A stretch of DNA of 63,873 nt, the filler included, from Trichosphaerium sp. ATCC 40318 (lineage: Eukaryota; Protista; Tubulinea), in NCBI GenBank assembly GCA_038496445.1. It is 5 parts of 5 records of this genome, joined end to end, with 100 filler letters (N's around TTAATTAATTAA, not from the genome) between each part and the next. Parts side by side here need not be neighbours in the genome. Positions count along the whole stretch, not along the records: positions 49,527 to 61,803 come from JALMLS010000182.1; positions 61,904 to 63,873 come from JALMLS010000191.1; 3 more parts are not named here. The stretch is one strand, 5' to 3'. The notes beneath the pieces are model-generated. The model did no database searches, was not told where the DNA came from, and was given only the letters and a program-made list of their open reading frames with translations. Below, piece after piece: positions 49,527 through 63,018 of the stretch; within the stretch, counting starts at the first letter, position 1, and each line of letters starts with the position of its first letter. The position numbers and the translations under genes were made by a program.

Positions 49527-52500
49527 TTTACTTTTTGTGAACAGTTAAAAGTTTGCATGTATAATGTTGCGTGAAGAAGTTCCGTCAATACTAGAGGAGC
49601 TCTTAAAGCTCTTGGCCAAGTGTTTACGCTCTGTGTATCTGGTAGAAATTGTTTCAGCCAAGTAAAGGTGAAACCTGCCATAGAACGTTAGTACACAAAA
49701 CCAAAGAAAAGAAAGGAGGTGCCGTACTTTCCAGCAATATCTGGGTTGTACTGAAACAACACATCCAGGTAGGCACCGTCTACCATTGTTACTTCAGTGA
49801 CTCTCGAATCAGCAATAACTGAAGCACTATGCTCTGTGGCACCTGAAATCAAAGACTATTGAGGAAAGTCAGATAGTGTTGGCCACAATAGAGAAACAAA
49901 AAATCACGTACTCGCTCTCCAAATACGGGCGAAACTTTATCTACATTGCCAAACACATGTTCCAGTTCGCCAGTATCGGGGTTGAGTTTTTCAACAAAGC
50001 AGTCACCACGTTTTAGTTGATATAATTTTGGAACACAACTAGCGCCTTGAGTGATAATCTTATCGCCCTTTGTGTAACGTCTAGTGTACGCTGCCTTTAA
50101 GATTACGGCCCAGTCACGCTGCGTTGGTAAGAAGTCTTTAATAGTGGGGTCATCGTTGGTATGACCTTTTTGACTGAGCACAAGTCCTCTTGCACTGTTC
50201 CGAGAAACTAATGGTGCATGTGTTTCAATGGTGCCTTGTATTATTTGCAAAGCTCTATCTTGTTCTTCAAATTCGAACGTGAACTAGGCAAAAAACAAAA
50301 TAGTCAATGGCTGTTACAGTAACACGTGATATTAGGAGCTACCTGTCTATCTTCCATAACAGAAATTTTAACTGTTTGTTTCTCAGTTTCCTCCTAGTAC
50401 TCAATTAGGTCGCGTATTGAGCGGAAATGAGGTAAGCTTTGGAAACGTTTAGTTGTTACGTACTATGCATCTTATTGTTGATATTTTGAAGTATTCCTAA
50501 CGGGTGTTGGTTTGATTCAAATACGATAACTAAGTTAAAAAAAAAAAGCTATGACGTACCCTAGTCTTCATACCAAATGCTCTACCCATGAATACCATGT
50601 ACTTCTCTGTGATAAATAACGCACCTACACTACCCAGGTGACTTCTTCTAGACATAGAACAAGCCAATGCTTGTATGACTGATTGATCCTTGGTGTCAAC
50701 ATTAGTTTTACAAAAAAAGTGAATATTGTACCTTTAAATGTGATCTCCAAAACTTTGAGGACATACAGCGGTACTGTTCCTTTGGCGTAGCGCCTATACA
50801 CATAGATTTTGTTAAATTAGTCACAACCAGTGTTTCGTCATCTTCCAAGATTATATCATGACTTAGGTACGAAGCATAAGTAGTAAACCGCCGTGCAATG
50901 AATTTAAACAAAGGTGCAGAAATCTCTGGCATAGATTTTACTGCGACTAAGAACTGGTCTCCGTATATGGACCAACAAGCACCATCAGTAGCGGCATAGG
51001 CTGTTGATTGTGCATCAAACTTTTGTACGTAAGTAACAAACTAAAAATTGAAAAAAAAAAGTATTTGGACGTACACCATCAAAAAGAGCTTCTTCACCCA
51101 TAATCTCAGCGCGCTCTAATATTACTCCTTCAAGCTCTTTCTTACGCCCGTGGAAGGTACCCTCCTTTATCCAATATAACTTTGTCAAATCATCACCTTG
51201 CTTAAACACGATGTCACCTTTTGTTGCGAGTGGTCAATTATAAAGATTTTTATATAAGAACAAGCACCCTTTTTAAATGTTTCAACTTTATGTGCTTGGA
51301 ATAGCCAGCTAAACATAGACTCTAAAGTCTTCTCGGGCGTTTCTTCAAAATCTATGTTATTGGCACGTAAATTGGCAATTGCATAACGAGTGCAGTCTTC
51401 CTCAATGCCCTACAATAAAATAAGAACTCATTCTGTTTGCAAGTAGCTTTAAAAAAATACTGGATGAAACCCGCACACTAGCTTCTTGAAGTTTTTTCTG
51501 CACGGATGGGTTCGGCAATATGTCGTAGTGTCCGTGATATTGACTAAAGTCCCATATACTCTTTCCTAGGAGCCTCATCTTGGACCAATTTATATGACCT
51601 TGAGGCGTCATAGTTTTTACATTGTCATTAATTTTGCAAACACCGCTGCAAATAAATGCTGACTAGGATTAGCCGAGTTCACTCAACGTTGGGTTATGTA
51701 TAGCGTACTTCCTACTGGAACACAAGGTACTGTACTTGCCGCAGTGCTTTGACTTGTTACTTCACTCATACTCTCCCTGAACTTAGTTGGGTCCAATAGT
51801 GTATCCTTTAGAATTGCACGTGTCTCCATATCTTTCTCTGTAACTAACTATTTATCCGCTCAGATTTTAGAAATACAATTGGGTTCTAAAGAAGGAAAAA
51901 AAAAAAAACGCCTTGAAGTCATACCTTCCAAGCTTCTTGGAGTTTAGCTACAGCCATATTTTCCAGACACGTGACAACTTCATATAGACCGGTATAATTT
52001 CTTAAGTTTAGCATGTAGTCGCCAACAGCAATTATCTTGCTAATACAACCCGCTTGCTCAGCTGGAGTTTTAAGCATTATTATTTCTGTACTAAACCACT
52101 GAAACAACTATGCCCAGAATTAGATCCATTGCAGTAATAATAAAATTGGCGGTATCTTTGAAAACCTGTTACGTACTCTGTTGCTGGAATTGATTAGGGA
52201 TACAAGATTGGACTCTTTTTCTTTCATCCAAGCATTATTCACAAAATCTGAAACAGGAATTGCCTTGTACAGCTCGTGATCCATTAATGTTAATTGTTCT
52301 GCAATTTGCATGGGTTCTAGTCCTAATAGAGAGCTCATGGCAGATTTGGCAAGCCTATTTAAAATACATCAGGTTTTACAACTGTACAAAAAAAGTCGCA
52401 AGTGAGCAATAGCTAAGATACTTACATGCGTCTTGGTGTTCTAGGAGATGCGTTTTCTCCTGAAACTGGTGTATAAGGATCGGTGACATCTTTTAAGGAG

Positions 52501-53538
52501 GTGACTAAACGCTCTGATTCTTGGGCTGCAACTTCGAAATCACACTTTTTCAGTCTCTTTACAAAAGAATTGAACACCTTCTTGAGACCACCTACGAAAT
52601 CAAGACCTCGTGTAGTGTGCATCCACGTTATTAATTCTCTCATTATAATGTCTAGAGTACTAAAAAATAGAATATCAGTACATCAAAAACTATACGAAGA
52701 GTCGTGGTATTTGCACCTTCCAATGTCATCTTTAGTGAGTACTAAAGTGCTCGTTATATGCTCGAAAAGTTCCTTAGCAGTAGTCCAAGAGCCATATGTA
52801 AGATACATAGTCTGAGAAAACCTTTCTGTATCAAGCATCTTGCGAATTGTGGCTATGTTTTGATGGTATTAGAAAATACAAGAGAACTAAGAAAAAAAAA
52901 GAACGTTGTTAAAGATTGAGATCAGTACCTTTGGAAGGCAGTAACAACAATTCTAACAACCTCTCTTTGGAAGCGTGGCCAATCACCAACTGGCCTTGAA
53001 TGTGTGGGTGCTGAATATTTTTATCAGTTTATTGTTTTTGCCTGTTTTGCTAAATTGCTTTTTTTTTTTAATTGTACCTGTTTGAAAAAAATTGTGTTTT
53101 GAGTGGAAAAAGGAACGGCTGGATTTGTTTTGAACACGATGTCGAAGTTTTTGAGCTGGTTAGCCGTTAACCAAGACAAAAAATTCGTATGATCTCTAAA
53201 GTCGCATTGCAGCGATACCACAAAGCTTTGTGCGTCATCCTCAAAAGCGACGGAATTAGCGTCAATCTTTTCTTCTTTTACTTTGCTCCTACGTTTTCTA
53301 GCACGATTGCGTAAGCGTAAACAATGCGTAAACAAAACTGTAATGCCCGTACAGCTTTTTAGTCGCCTTAAGAGCATCCTTTTTGGAATGGGAGAGCTTT
53401 TGGCGCAGAGACGCGTTTTCTTTGTACAAAGTATCAATTTCAAGCTGTACCGTGTTAAAACACAACTTGTATAATTTTCGTATGCACCTGTTGCTCCATA
53501 AGCCTCGCTTGCAGCATTTTTAGCTGCTGTGGTTCCAT
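49527..53538 (-). CDS. GbpD-like protein: RasGEF-N, RasGEF, cNMP-binding, GRAM, cNMP-binding
   Basis: IAEQLTLMDHELYKAI, LRNYTGLYEVV, GHINWSKMRL; VFKQGDDLTKLYWIKEG; GALFITEKYMVF; YTKGDKIITQG..VFGE. Confidence 0.88.
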
Positions 53539-53721
53539 AAGGCACTGTTTTTTTTAACAGGAGTGTTGGCCAAATGTAGTGAAAGTGTGGATGCCAAAAA
53601 TGAACAGAGAACTCGGTCAATCTATTTAGAAGTTTGTCGTACTTTAATTTTACGTCCAAACCAACTCTTTTCTAACACTTGGCAACGCCTGTTACGCAAA
53701 TCCGTCCTAGCTTCATTCGTA

Positions 53722-54940
53722 ATGAAGCTACTATGCCACACTGTACTTTCCAGCCAGTGTCAAGTACTTATACATCATCGCCGCGTATTTAGAGAGCCTA
53801 AAGCACGGTACACACAGTGGTTATCTGCAGAGCGCCTTGAAACTCTTAAAAACGTATTGATTGCTACAACGCTGGATTTGGGTAAATATTAACCGAATTT
53901 CGCCCCAGGTAGAGCGAAAGTACAACATACGCCATCTGGACGATTGGTATCGTATCACCAGCGCTGCAGTGCGCACTGGTGGCCGAAATATTGCGTGGTA
54001 CGACGTCGTACAGACATGCACATTTTGACACATTGTTGTTTTTTTTTGATGGTTTACAACTTCAAAGGCAACACAACGACTCAGTCCACAAACTCGTACA
54101 ATCAGTGTATCCGGATCATGACTGGGTTGTAACTAGATTCAGTTATGCAGTGTTTTGTGCAGTTTGATCGTAATTATTTCGTTAGAGACTATGCCACAAG
54201 GATTTTGGAGGATTGAGAAAAACAGGCAATCATTCCTAGCAAAGGTACGTCACATGTTTTGTATATTTTAATCCTACGACACTGATTATGTACCGCCAAG
54301 TTTGAAGAAGAAGAGGGCTTACATGTGCATCAACAGTGGTACACCATCACTGTCGCACAATTACAACGTTCTGGAGGAGCTGGCGTTCTAGCGTACACTG
54401 CATTGTTTTTATGACAGCTAAAAAATTATTATTTAGGGTTTTTCAAAACAAATTATCTTACTTGTTGTCGACCATGAGACCAGAGCACCCGTGGATAGAG
54501 GCCAAATTTAGGCAACATTCTGTAGCAAGTGCGCAGTGTTGTTTATCAAAAAGAAAACGCTGACACTTTGTGAAAGGAGCTCCAAACTACTATTGGCAAC
54601 AACAACACAACATTGCTAGATTTGTTCGATGTGCAGAGTCCTCTTTAGGCATCAAAACAATGGATGATTGGTACAGTATCTCACAAACCCATTTAAAAAT
54701 AATGGGCGCTAATGGGTTGTCGCGTTATTACCCAGGTGTACTGCAATTAGTTTATGATAATATAGAGTGGGATATGCGTTTATTTGGAAAACAACAAGTG
54801 TTTGCGTCTCAGAGGTACAAGAAAAGTTCTGTTGTTTTGTTGTGTTCACGCTACCATTTTCAAGGTGGCTTCATGCAACTGCAAGACAATGCTTTGCACC
54901 TACCAAAGGAAAGGTAAATGAGATGACAGTCAACGTTTGA
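53722..54940 (+). CDS. Protein with three approximately 70-aa Trp-rich repeats
   Basis: DDWYRIT..VYPDHDW..RF; PQGFW..QQWYTIT..RPEHPW..KF; PNYYW..DDWYSIS..YDNIEW..LF. Confidence 0.75.
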
Positions 54941-55006
54941 TGCCCAAGTTGCGTGCTGCAACTTATGTAATTGTATAAAAGAAAATAAAATGTATAATAA
55001 CAGAAT

Positions 55007-55210
55007 CATGGTAAGTTGGCGTACATAAAGCTGCTCTTGTCAGCGTATGTGCCAACCATACAGCCAGTGTCCCACAGTTCTTCATTCAGTACCATCCTTC
55101 TTCTGTACATGGTGGGAAGGGAGTATAAGCATTAATCCAGTGAGCTCCTGTCTTGGCTGGATTAGCGTTTTGTTTCCAAAACACTATGTCTCAATCTCCA
55201 GCTCAGCTAC
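55007..55210. ncRNA. Candidate structured RNA (unassigned)
   Basis: Several consecutive stems in a relatively GC-rich intergenic block. Confidence 0.3.
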
Positions 55211-55331
55211 GTTTAAGATGCCAGTAGAACAACTCGTCAGCTACTTGCACTTCAAACGAAGTAAAAAACGCCGTTTGGTTTTTTACTGGCAAAATCCAAC
55301 ACACCACGTAACTGTAAGAACGCTAACAACA

Positions 55332-58241
55332 ATGAGGGTAGCACTCGTAGCTTTGGCAGTGCTCGTAGCCGTGTGTTTTTGTGCCGAGGTATGCCCTTTA
55401 GAAGGATCAAAACAAAAATTTTTAATCGGGCACGTACGCTTCGGTGAGATTCAAATGGGGGATCGCATCGTGCTCGTTTTTTTGAAAAATAAACAGTAGG
55501 GCGTTTATATCTGCCACACACTGGTCACGATGTTCGTAGTGTTCTTCGCTTATGCACTGAGCTCAATACGCGACATTCTGAGGCCATACATTTTGCTGAC
55601 GTTGTCAGACCCAACAATTTGTTTTTTTCTTCTCAACCCGTGATTTTTCGTTTAAAAAGTGCCTGACTGTATAACTGACGCGATTTTAGTACAAAGACAG
55701 TGCTCCTATAACTCTATGGATAAATAAAGTCGGTCCTTATTTTAACCCACAAGAAACCTACCTGTACCACAAAAAATTGCCGTTTTGCAAGTTTGAGGGT
55801 GCGTACACGACCTCAATTGTTTCATTCCGTGTGGCCGTCACTTGCGTCAAAAAAAAAAACAAACCAAAAACAATGCGTGGCGTTTGTTTTTGATTAATCT
55901 TCTTTCATGCGTTACTCATGCGCTGACGTTTCTTATCACAGAAAACAAAGAAGAACGATTTGAAGGATTGGGAGAAGCGATTCTCGGCTACGAACTAAGA
56001 AAAAGTGGTTATGAAATAAAATTTAAAGAAGACATTGAGACGAAAACGCTCTGCGAAAAGACTCTAACAAAAAAAGAGGCGAAGAAATTCAACAAGGCCA
56101 TCAAAGAGCAATATTGGTATGAATTTTTCTTGGGTACGTAGTGGCGTTGGTTGACAGCCTAGATATTTGTTTTAAGCTTTTTTTTTTCTTTTTTTTCTCC
56201 CTTTCATATCACTTTTGTTAACCCTTTTAACGCTAGATGACCTCCCAGTCTGGGGAATGGTTGGAAAAGTAGATGAATACCCATACATATTCACTCACCA
56301 GCGATTCACCATAACGTACAACGGTGACAAGGTATGCGCATCGGAATCAACTAATATGAAGTTTCATTTGTTGTGTTGAAAAAAAAAAAATAATCAGCCA
56401 CCGCACCAGAAAAAGGGGAAATTGTTGTACTAAAAACCGTTAGATTATTGAAGCGAAGTTGACACCTGAAACCCTGAAGCCTGTGGCCGAAGGCGCAGCG
56501 CTTACATTTTCTTATTCTGTTCACTGGTTAGAAACTGATCAACCGTATGAGACCAGATTCAACAGATATTTGGACAACTCTTTCTTTGAGCATCAAGTAC
56601 GTTATTCGTTATAGTGATAAACCTTTATTTGAAAATGTTTTATATTTTATTGTCTTGTTTACTTACATTGCTGGTAGATCCATTGGTTTTCTATCTTCAA
56701 CTCATTCATGATGGTAGTGTTCCTTGTGGGTCTTGTATCAATGATTCTCATGCGCACTCTCCGCAAGGATTTCGCATCCATTGCAAAGGATGAAGAAGAT
56801 GTGCGTGTCATTTGTTATTGTTCTGTTTTTGACAAATTATATAAAATAAATATCTAATCTGTAATTGTAGGATGGAGGCTTGGATATGGGCGTTGATGGT
56901 GAGTGTGGTTGGAAACAAGTCATGGGTGATGTATTCCGTGCTCCACCACAAATTGGATTGTTCTCCGCACTGTATGGTACTGGTATTCAAATAGCAGCGC
57001 TTATTTTGTTCATCATCTCGCTATCAATTGGTTTCTACCACAGGTGCGCTTTTCAAGCATTTTGTTTTTTTGTTTGTTCTCTTATTTTATTGTAATGTTA
57101 AAGTCTTATAGTCATTTCGTCTATGCACGTGGAAGTATGGTCAGCGCTTTTATTGGTTGCTATGCTGTCACGTCATTCATTTCAGGATATGTTAGCGGAA
57201 GCCACTATCATCAACACGCTGGTGCGTTCTATTTTTTTTTTTTTGGCGAACAAAATACTCAATTTTTTTTTTGTTCCAAAAACTTATCACCTTTTTCTTT
57301 GTAGCTGGAAAGCAATGGATTCAAACAATGATATTGACCGCCATCCTCTTTCCTTGCACATGCTTTGGTGTTGCATTCCTTCTTGATATTATCGCTATGT
57401 CATACAGTAGTCTGGCATCTATCCCAATCACTACTATGTTCCTTGTCTTTGCGATTTGGATTTTCTTCTCCGTCCCTCTCACAGGTGTTGGTACTCTTGT
57501 AGGCCGTAACTTTGCTGGTAAAGCACGCCACCCTTGTAGAGTAAGTCCAGTCCCAAGACCAATCCCTGAAAAGCAATGGTACGAAAATATTTTTTTGTTT
57601 GTTTGTGAAGCGTGTACTTCCTGACCACGTTGCACAGGTACCAAGAGCCTTTGGCACACATCTTGCTGTCTGGTATTCTTCCATTTGGCTCCATCTTTAT
57701 TGAGATGTACTTTGTGTTCACAGCGTTTTGGCAATACAAATACTATTACGTCTTTGGTGCGTTTGGCGGTTTTTTTTCTTTTAAGTTGATGTTATCATAT
57801 CCACGGAAAGCCAATGTTAATGTAACTTATTTTTGGTTTTAGGTTTCTTGTTCCTCGTATTTTTTATCCTCATTATTGTCACTGTATGTGTTGATATTGT
57901 ATCTGTGTACTTCTTGTTAAATTCAGAGGACTACAGGTACACTTTGCCCCTTTGTCAACTTGATTTTTTTTGTTAGTCTTTAGTTAGAGTGGTTATTTAC
58001 TCTTTGTAATAGGTGGCATTGGGTATCATTTTTGGGTGCTACATCTACAGCTGGTTATGTGTTTTTGTATGGCATCTACTATTTCATGATGAAGACGAGA
58101 ATGTCAGGTCTAATGCAGACCTGTTTTTATTTTGGTTATCTCTTTATGTTCTGCCTTGGTATGGGTATCATGTGTGGAGCAATTGGTTACATGGGCACCT
58201 CAATGTTTGTCCGTAGAATTTACTCATACAAAATGGTTTAA
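55332..58241 (+). CDS. TM9SF3: Transmembrane 9 superfamily (nonaspanin/EMP70), TM9SF3-like
   Basis: [13 protein letters not shown]; [12 protein letters not shown]; [20 protein letters not shown]; [11 protein letters not shown]; [14 protein letters not shown]; FVRRIY. Confidence 0.93.
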
Positions 58242-58611
58242 AACTGTAATGTAATAGCCACCTAATACCTTAAAAACTAAATGAGGATGTACTTAACAAT
58301 GTAAACAGTTTTTTACATGCGGTTGTTGTTAATTGAAACCTTTAACCTCAAAGCACTCAACGCTGCTTTTGAATAGTAATAGCAATAACACAAGCTGCAA
58401 AAAAAACCATGTGAGATATCCTAATAGTTACTTTACCAACTATCATAACAGTGTACTACAAGTACATTTTTTGACATATATGCAACAGAGTTGTAAACAA
58501 GTAATCAAAATAATAAGTCAAAACTAAATAAGATAGCAAATAGCTTAGTATTAAGGGGATAGAAAGAAACCAACCAAAAAAAAAGAAGAAAGTAATAAAA
58601 CCATATTGAAG

Positions 58612-61360
58612 GCTTAAGGGTGTCCTCTAAGTTTTTACTCTGGTTGACCATTGGCAGCGAGTGTAATAATACATACTTTGTGATGTATTTTTGTCTGTTT
58701 CCCCTTCACCTAGCCTAGTAAACTGTGATCTGGTATCACAGTTTGCGTCAAGTGAGGGTTCACTTGCCTTTTTTTTTTAACAGTCTTTGATTTTTCTATA
58801 TTGGGCCCTCTAACTATTTATGTCCTTCCAGAATAACATTTACAAAATTGTGCACCCTCTGATTTGCTTTATATTTTTACCATACAATACCCATGTATAT
58901 ACACAGCTTTGTGTAAAAAATTGGCTTTGAATATGAACTTTGACCAGTATGATTTGCTGTTTTTAGCAGTTTTTTTTTTCTCAATTGCACACCCTCAGAT
59001 TTCTCTTAAACCTTATATTCAAATCCTTCACACCTATTTAGGGTGGTTCTACCAATATCAGCTTCAAATATAATGTTTAGCAGTTGTATTTATTTTGGAA
59101 CGAAAATTTTATTTTAGTATTTTTTCTTTTTTGAACAGGTTTGAATTTGCTTAATACACAGGTACACGGTTACAATGATTATGACAAGCGCAAATATTGA
59201 AACTAACATTGAATACAGGTTTTATCTTAAATAATAATGTAAAATAGCTTAAAACGCATTTATATGGTAGAGAAACACGTTTAAGATAATTTTCAGTTTT
59301 GGTAGATGAGTTTAAGCAAGTTTTTTTTTCAATTTTTTAAAGGCCACCAACGTAACTGTAAAGCACTATGCTGGTTGCTTTAGGTGTGTGCAACATGCAA
59401 GCAAAAAATTAAGCCTTTTAAAGCTTTTTGGCAATTGTGAAAGGACATCTTTAACCATAAAAGAAAGCAAAGTGTTAAAAATAATTCTAACCCAAACTAA
59501 TAACTTGAGTTCATAACTGTTATGAGGGGAATATAATTTAGGGTTGTAACCCTAACCCTAACCCTAGTATAAAAAAGCAATTAAACCCTAAACCCTAATC
59601 AATACTGATAAGAATTAAGGATTTAATTTGAACCATGCATTATTGCATACCTTATCATATCGCTTAAGCCAATTTCGTTTTTTGTACCTTATACATTGGC
59701 ATAAATTACCCGATCACTGGTGGTTTGTAGGATTTTATAGCAGTATATGTCGATTTGGTGAGCCATTCTTTGATTTTTGGATTTTTTTTGATTTTTCCAA
59801 TGGGATTTTTTTACCAAAAAATTGAACACATCTTTGCTTGGAGGCCGCAGTTACATGATCACCTATAGTTCACTTATGCATATACATGTATGCCATTTTG
59901 CTCAAGGAATCCAATGCATTCATCTATTTTGTCATACCTATCCATCATGAATAGTTATTAATTCATTTATATGTTTTACCTTTTATAGCATATGTTTTCG
60001 AAAATGGTCACAGCCAACAACATGATAGATCGATGGCGACTGAGGATATGTAGTGCTTAGGTTTAGGGTACTATTACAGAGGTGTCAAATGTTTTAGCAG
60101 ATTCTGACCCTTGAGAATACCCTTTGAAAAAATAGAATACTTTTTCTTATGTAAAACATTGCCGCAATGTTGGTAGAAGCAACTAGATTTGTGTCGGTGG
60201 CATACATGCTGAGATAGCCATTTTTGGGGCCTTTTTTTTGCTTTTGGCAGCCAAAATCCAGCTGATTTTCATTCGATAGAAGTTTGTATGGGGGCCTTGA
60301 TTGCAATATTGCCTATGTCAACCTTAAATATGTACTTGTATGTAATTTTAGTCATAGATTATGATGCAACCAACGATATTGCCATATGTGCTCACCATGT
60401 AAAGTTATTAATACATATGTTGCTTTCATCTTTTCTTACAACACGTTTTTGCATGTAGTCACGACCATGTGCATTATGAAAAGGGCGCTAATTTTGCATG
60501 TGGTCGTAATATTTAGCGTATATCATGGTACAAACGTGTATTTTGGTGGGTGGCATATATGCGATTCAAAACTGGTGAATTGTGAAAATTGAAAATATTT
60601 TTTTGATTTTGAATGGCTCACCACCATACCCCAAGATACTTTTTGTGCCCAAATTCATATTGGCCAATTTAGATTTATGCATGAAAGTATGGCAAGCAAG
60701 ATGATATAAGGATTTTTTACCTACATGCCATAATAGATTTTTGGAATTTTTTGGGATTTGGCCTGAAATATGTTGGCTGCCTTTACCTATGGAGGTAGCT
60801 GTATGGCATACTCCTAATTTAGGCCAATTTTGCGAGCTAGTCACAAATCTTCGTGTGATTTCAAAAATATAAAATATATGTTGTTCAGCGAAATAATTGG
60901 ATTTGCAGGCATTGATACTTGGTTGCTAAGAAATGCCTAAAATGTTGATTTTTCCAACATGTTCTCCAACCCCCCCTTGCTCCTCCGCTATACCATATGT
61001 CTTGTTATATGCTTATCACATGGTTATTAAGCCATATTTACATGGTGATAAAACTCACAATGTGATTCAGCATAGTGATAGAAATTAAATATTTTTTGCC
61101 ATTTTATGGCTTACCCATTAGGGTTGGATTGATTACTTGCCATGTATATCATCATACATGTAGCGCTTGATGTATCTTATGTCAATATGCCTTGATTTAT
61201 TGTGTATAAAGTATGAGCTATATATATTATCTTGGTGTATAGTTATGAGGTGTTTTTGTAAAAGTACTAAGTTTTTCAATATTCAATGTTTATTTTCGCT
61301 TAATGAGCAAGACTTGCCTTTTTTGGTAGTTGGTTCACTGAATGGGTTTAGGGTTAGTGA
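58612..61360. repeat. AT-rich non-coding block related to repeats at 850-960 and 2900-3400; boundaries approximate
   Basis: Shared motifs (GCATATATGCGAT, ACCTACATGCCAT, CCCTAA tracts); no credible ORFs. Confidence 0.5.
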
Positions 61361-61456
61361 TCTATGCTGTTGCTAAACAGCATGTAGGCAACATACGTTG
61401 CCGATACTTATACATATAGTACTATATAACAGTGCAAAGCACTGTGTAGAAATATA

Positions 61457-61803
61457 TCGCGAAGCGATATATTATAGAGTCACAACGACAACATTCTGTA
61501 GCGAAGCGGCAAAAAAGCAAAAAACTCATAGAATCCAACAATTTGTAGCGAAGCGGCACGCATGCGGGACCTAAAGTGGAATGCATTATGTAGCGAAGCG
61601 GTAGGCATGCAAAGATTATGGTGGAATGCATTTTGAAGCGAAGCGCCATATTACAAAACCTAATGCGAAAAAAAAATTAAAAGAATCTAAGATACTGTAG
61701 CGAAGCGGTACACATGCGACACCTAATATCGGATGCATTATTCAGCGAAGCGGCACATATGCGGTGCCTACAGTGGAATGCATTCTGAAGCGAAGCGCTT
61801 CAT
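61457..61803 (+). repeat. Array of about 45-bp units with invariant core GCGAAGCG (8 cores)
   Basis: Cores near 61459, 61501, 61548, 61593, 61638, 61700, 61745 and 61790. Confidence 0.9.
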
Positions 61804-61903
61804 NNNNNNNNNNNNNNNNNNNNNNNNNNNNNNNNNNNNNNNNNNNNTTAATTAATTAANNNNNNNNNNNNNNNNNNNNNNNNNNNNNNNNNNNNNNNNN
61901 NNN
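61804..61903. other. Artificial contig linker
   Basis: N44-TTAATTAATTAA-N44. Confidence 0.98.
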
Positions 61904-62360
61904 CTGCGCCTTTATAACCATAAATCTGCTTGTGGCTTAGGCTGCATTTGCTGCTCTATACCTGGTTGTTGATTTTTAAATGAACAGCAAGATGCAGAAG
62001 AAACTAAGGCTATTATAAGCCTTGGGCGGCGATGTATTACTATCGCGAATATATTAGTGATGAGAGTCATTGTCAGAAATTAGTTGATATTACGATTAAA
62101 GAATTTGGTAAGTTAGATTTAAAAAACCCACCCTAGAGCAGGGCGGGCAATGCACTAAAATATATTAGCTTTACTCTTCTTCTTCAGAACTTCTACCGCC
62201 TTGGCTTTGGCCAACGTTAGAACGGGTTTTACCACTTTCACTACCACCTTTTTGTCCTATACGACTCATTTCATCATGTCCACGGGTAGCAGCAGCTTGT
62301 TTGGAAGCTTCTGATTTTTTCTGTGGATTTTTGTTAAGTGCGTCTGCACCTTGTCTTCCT
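61904..62360. other. Chimeric patchwork of copies of 63040-63740
   Basis: 61904-61975 is the reverse complement of about 63414-63484; 61976-62119 is a direct copy of about 63593-63739; 62115-62360 is the reverse complement of about 63038-63286. Confidence 0.9.
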
Positions 62361-62667
62361 TTAACACAGAGAATTTAGCTATCCATCTTTCGTCATCAAA
62401 TCCAAGGCTATCCAGTTCTGCCATAATAATATTGGCAAAATGATGTTCTTCATAAGCTTCTAATGCTAAAGGACGTGTTTCGCTGTCTTCTTTTAAAATA
62501 GGATAAAATAATTCCTCTTCAATAGTTTCATGCGCCATAAGTTCCGCTTTTGCTTTTTTATACAGCGTTTCGCGCTTCTTAAGTGCGCGAGTCGTTGTTG
62601 CTGCAATATCTTCTAAGATTTCTTGTAATTTACGGTGGTCTGTTTTCAATAAATCCAATGCGTTCAT
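62356..62667 (-). CDS. Bacterial hemerythrin/HHE-domain protein; true 3' end replaced by a chimera
   Basis: LLKTDHR..ELMAHETIEEELFYP..EAYEEHH; AGGAG RBS; intronless. Confidence 0.9.
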
Positions 62668-63018
62668 AGAAACTCCTTAAAGAAATGTATTTTTAGATTA
62701 AGTGAATTTTAAAGTATAGAAATGAAAATTGAAAAAATTGCGGGAAAATATCATTAAATTATAAGCATTATTAGAGTTATTGTCAATAAAACAGTGAGTT
62801 AGGCAAGCTTGAGCAAATTTTTTAAATTTTGTAAAGGATATCCTACAAAAATGTGAGTTATGTATTACGATGTTAGCGTAAATGACTTGCAAACCGCATA
62901 TAACAATGCCGGTGTTTTTATTTTAGGAGTATATCTATAATAAATCATGTTCTAAAAAGAACATATTTAAAAATCTCATTAGTGAATTTAAAAAATTTTT
63001 GTTTTAAGGAGAATTATT

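Noticed and set aside
61457-61803. CRISPR array
   Set aside because: The constant part is only 8-9 nt, the intervening sequences are related to each other, there are no cas genes, and the contig is eukaryotic
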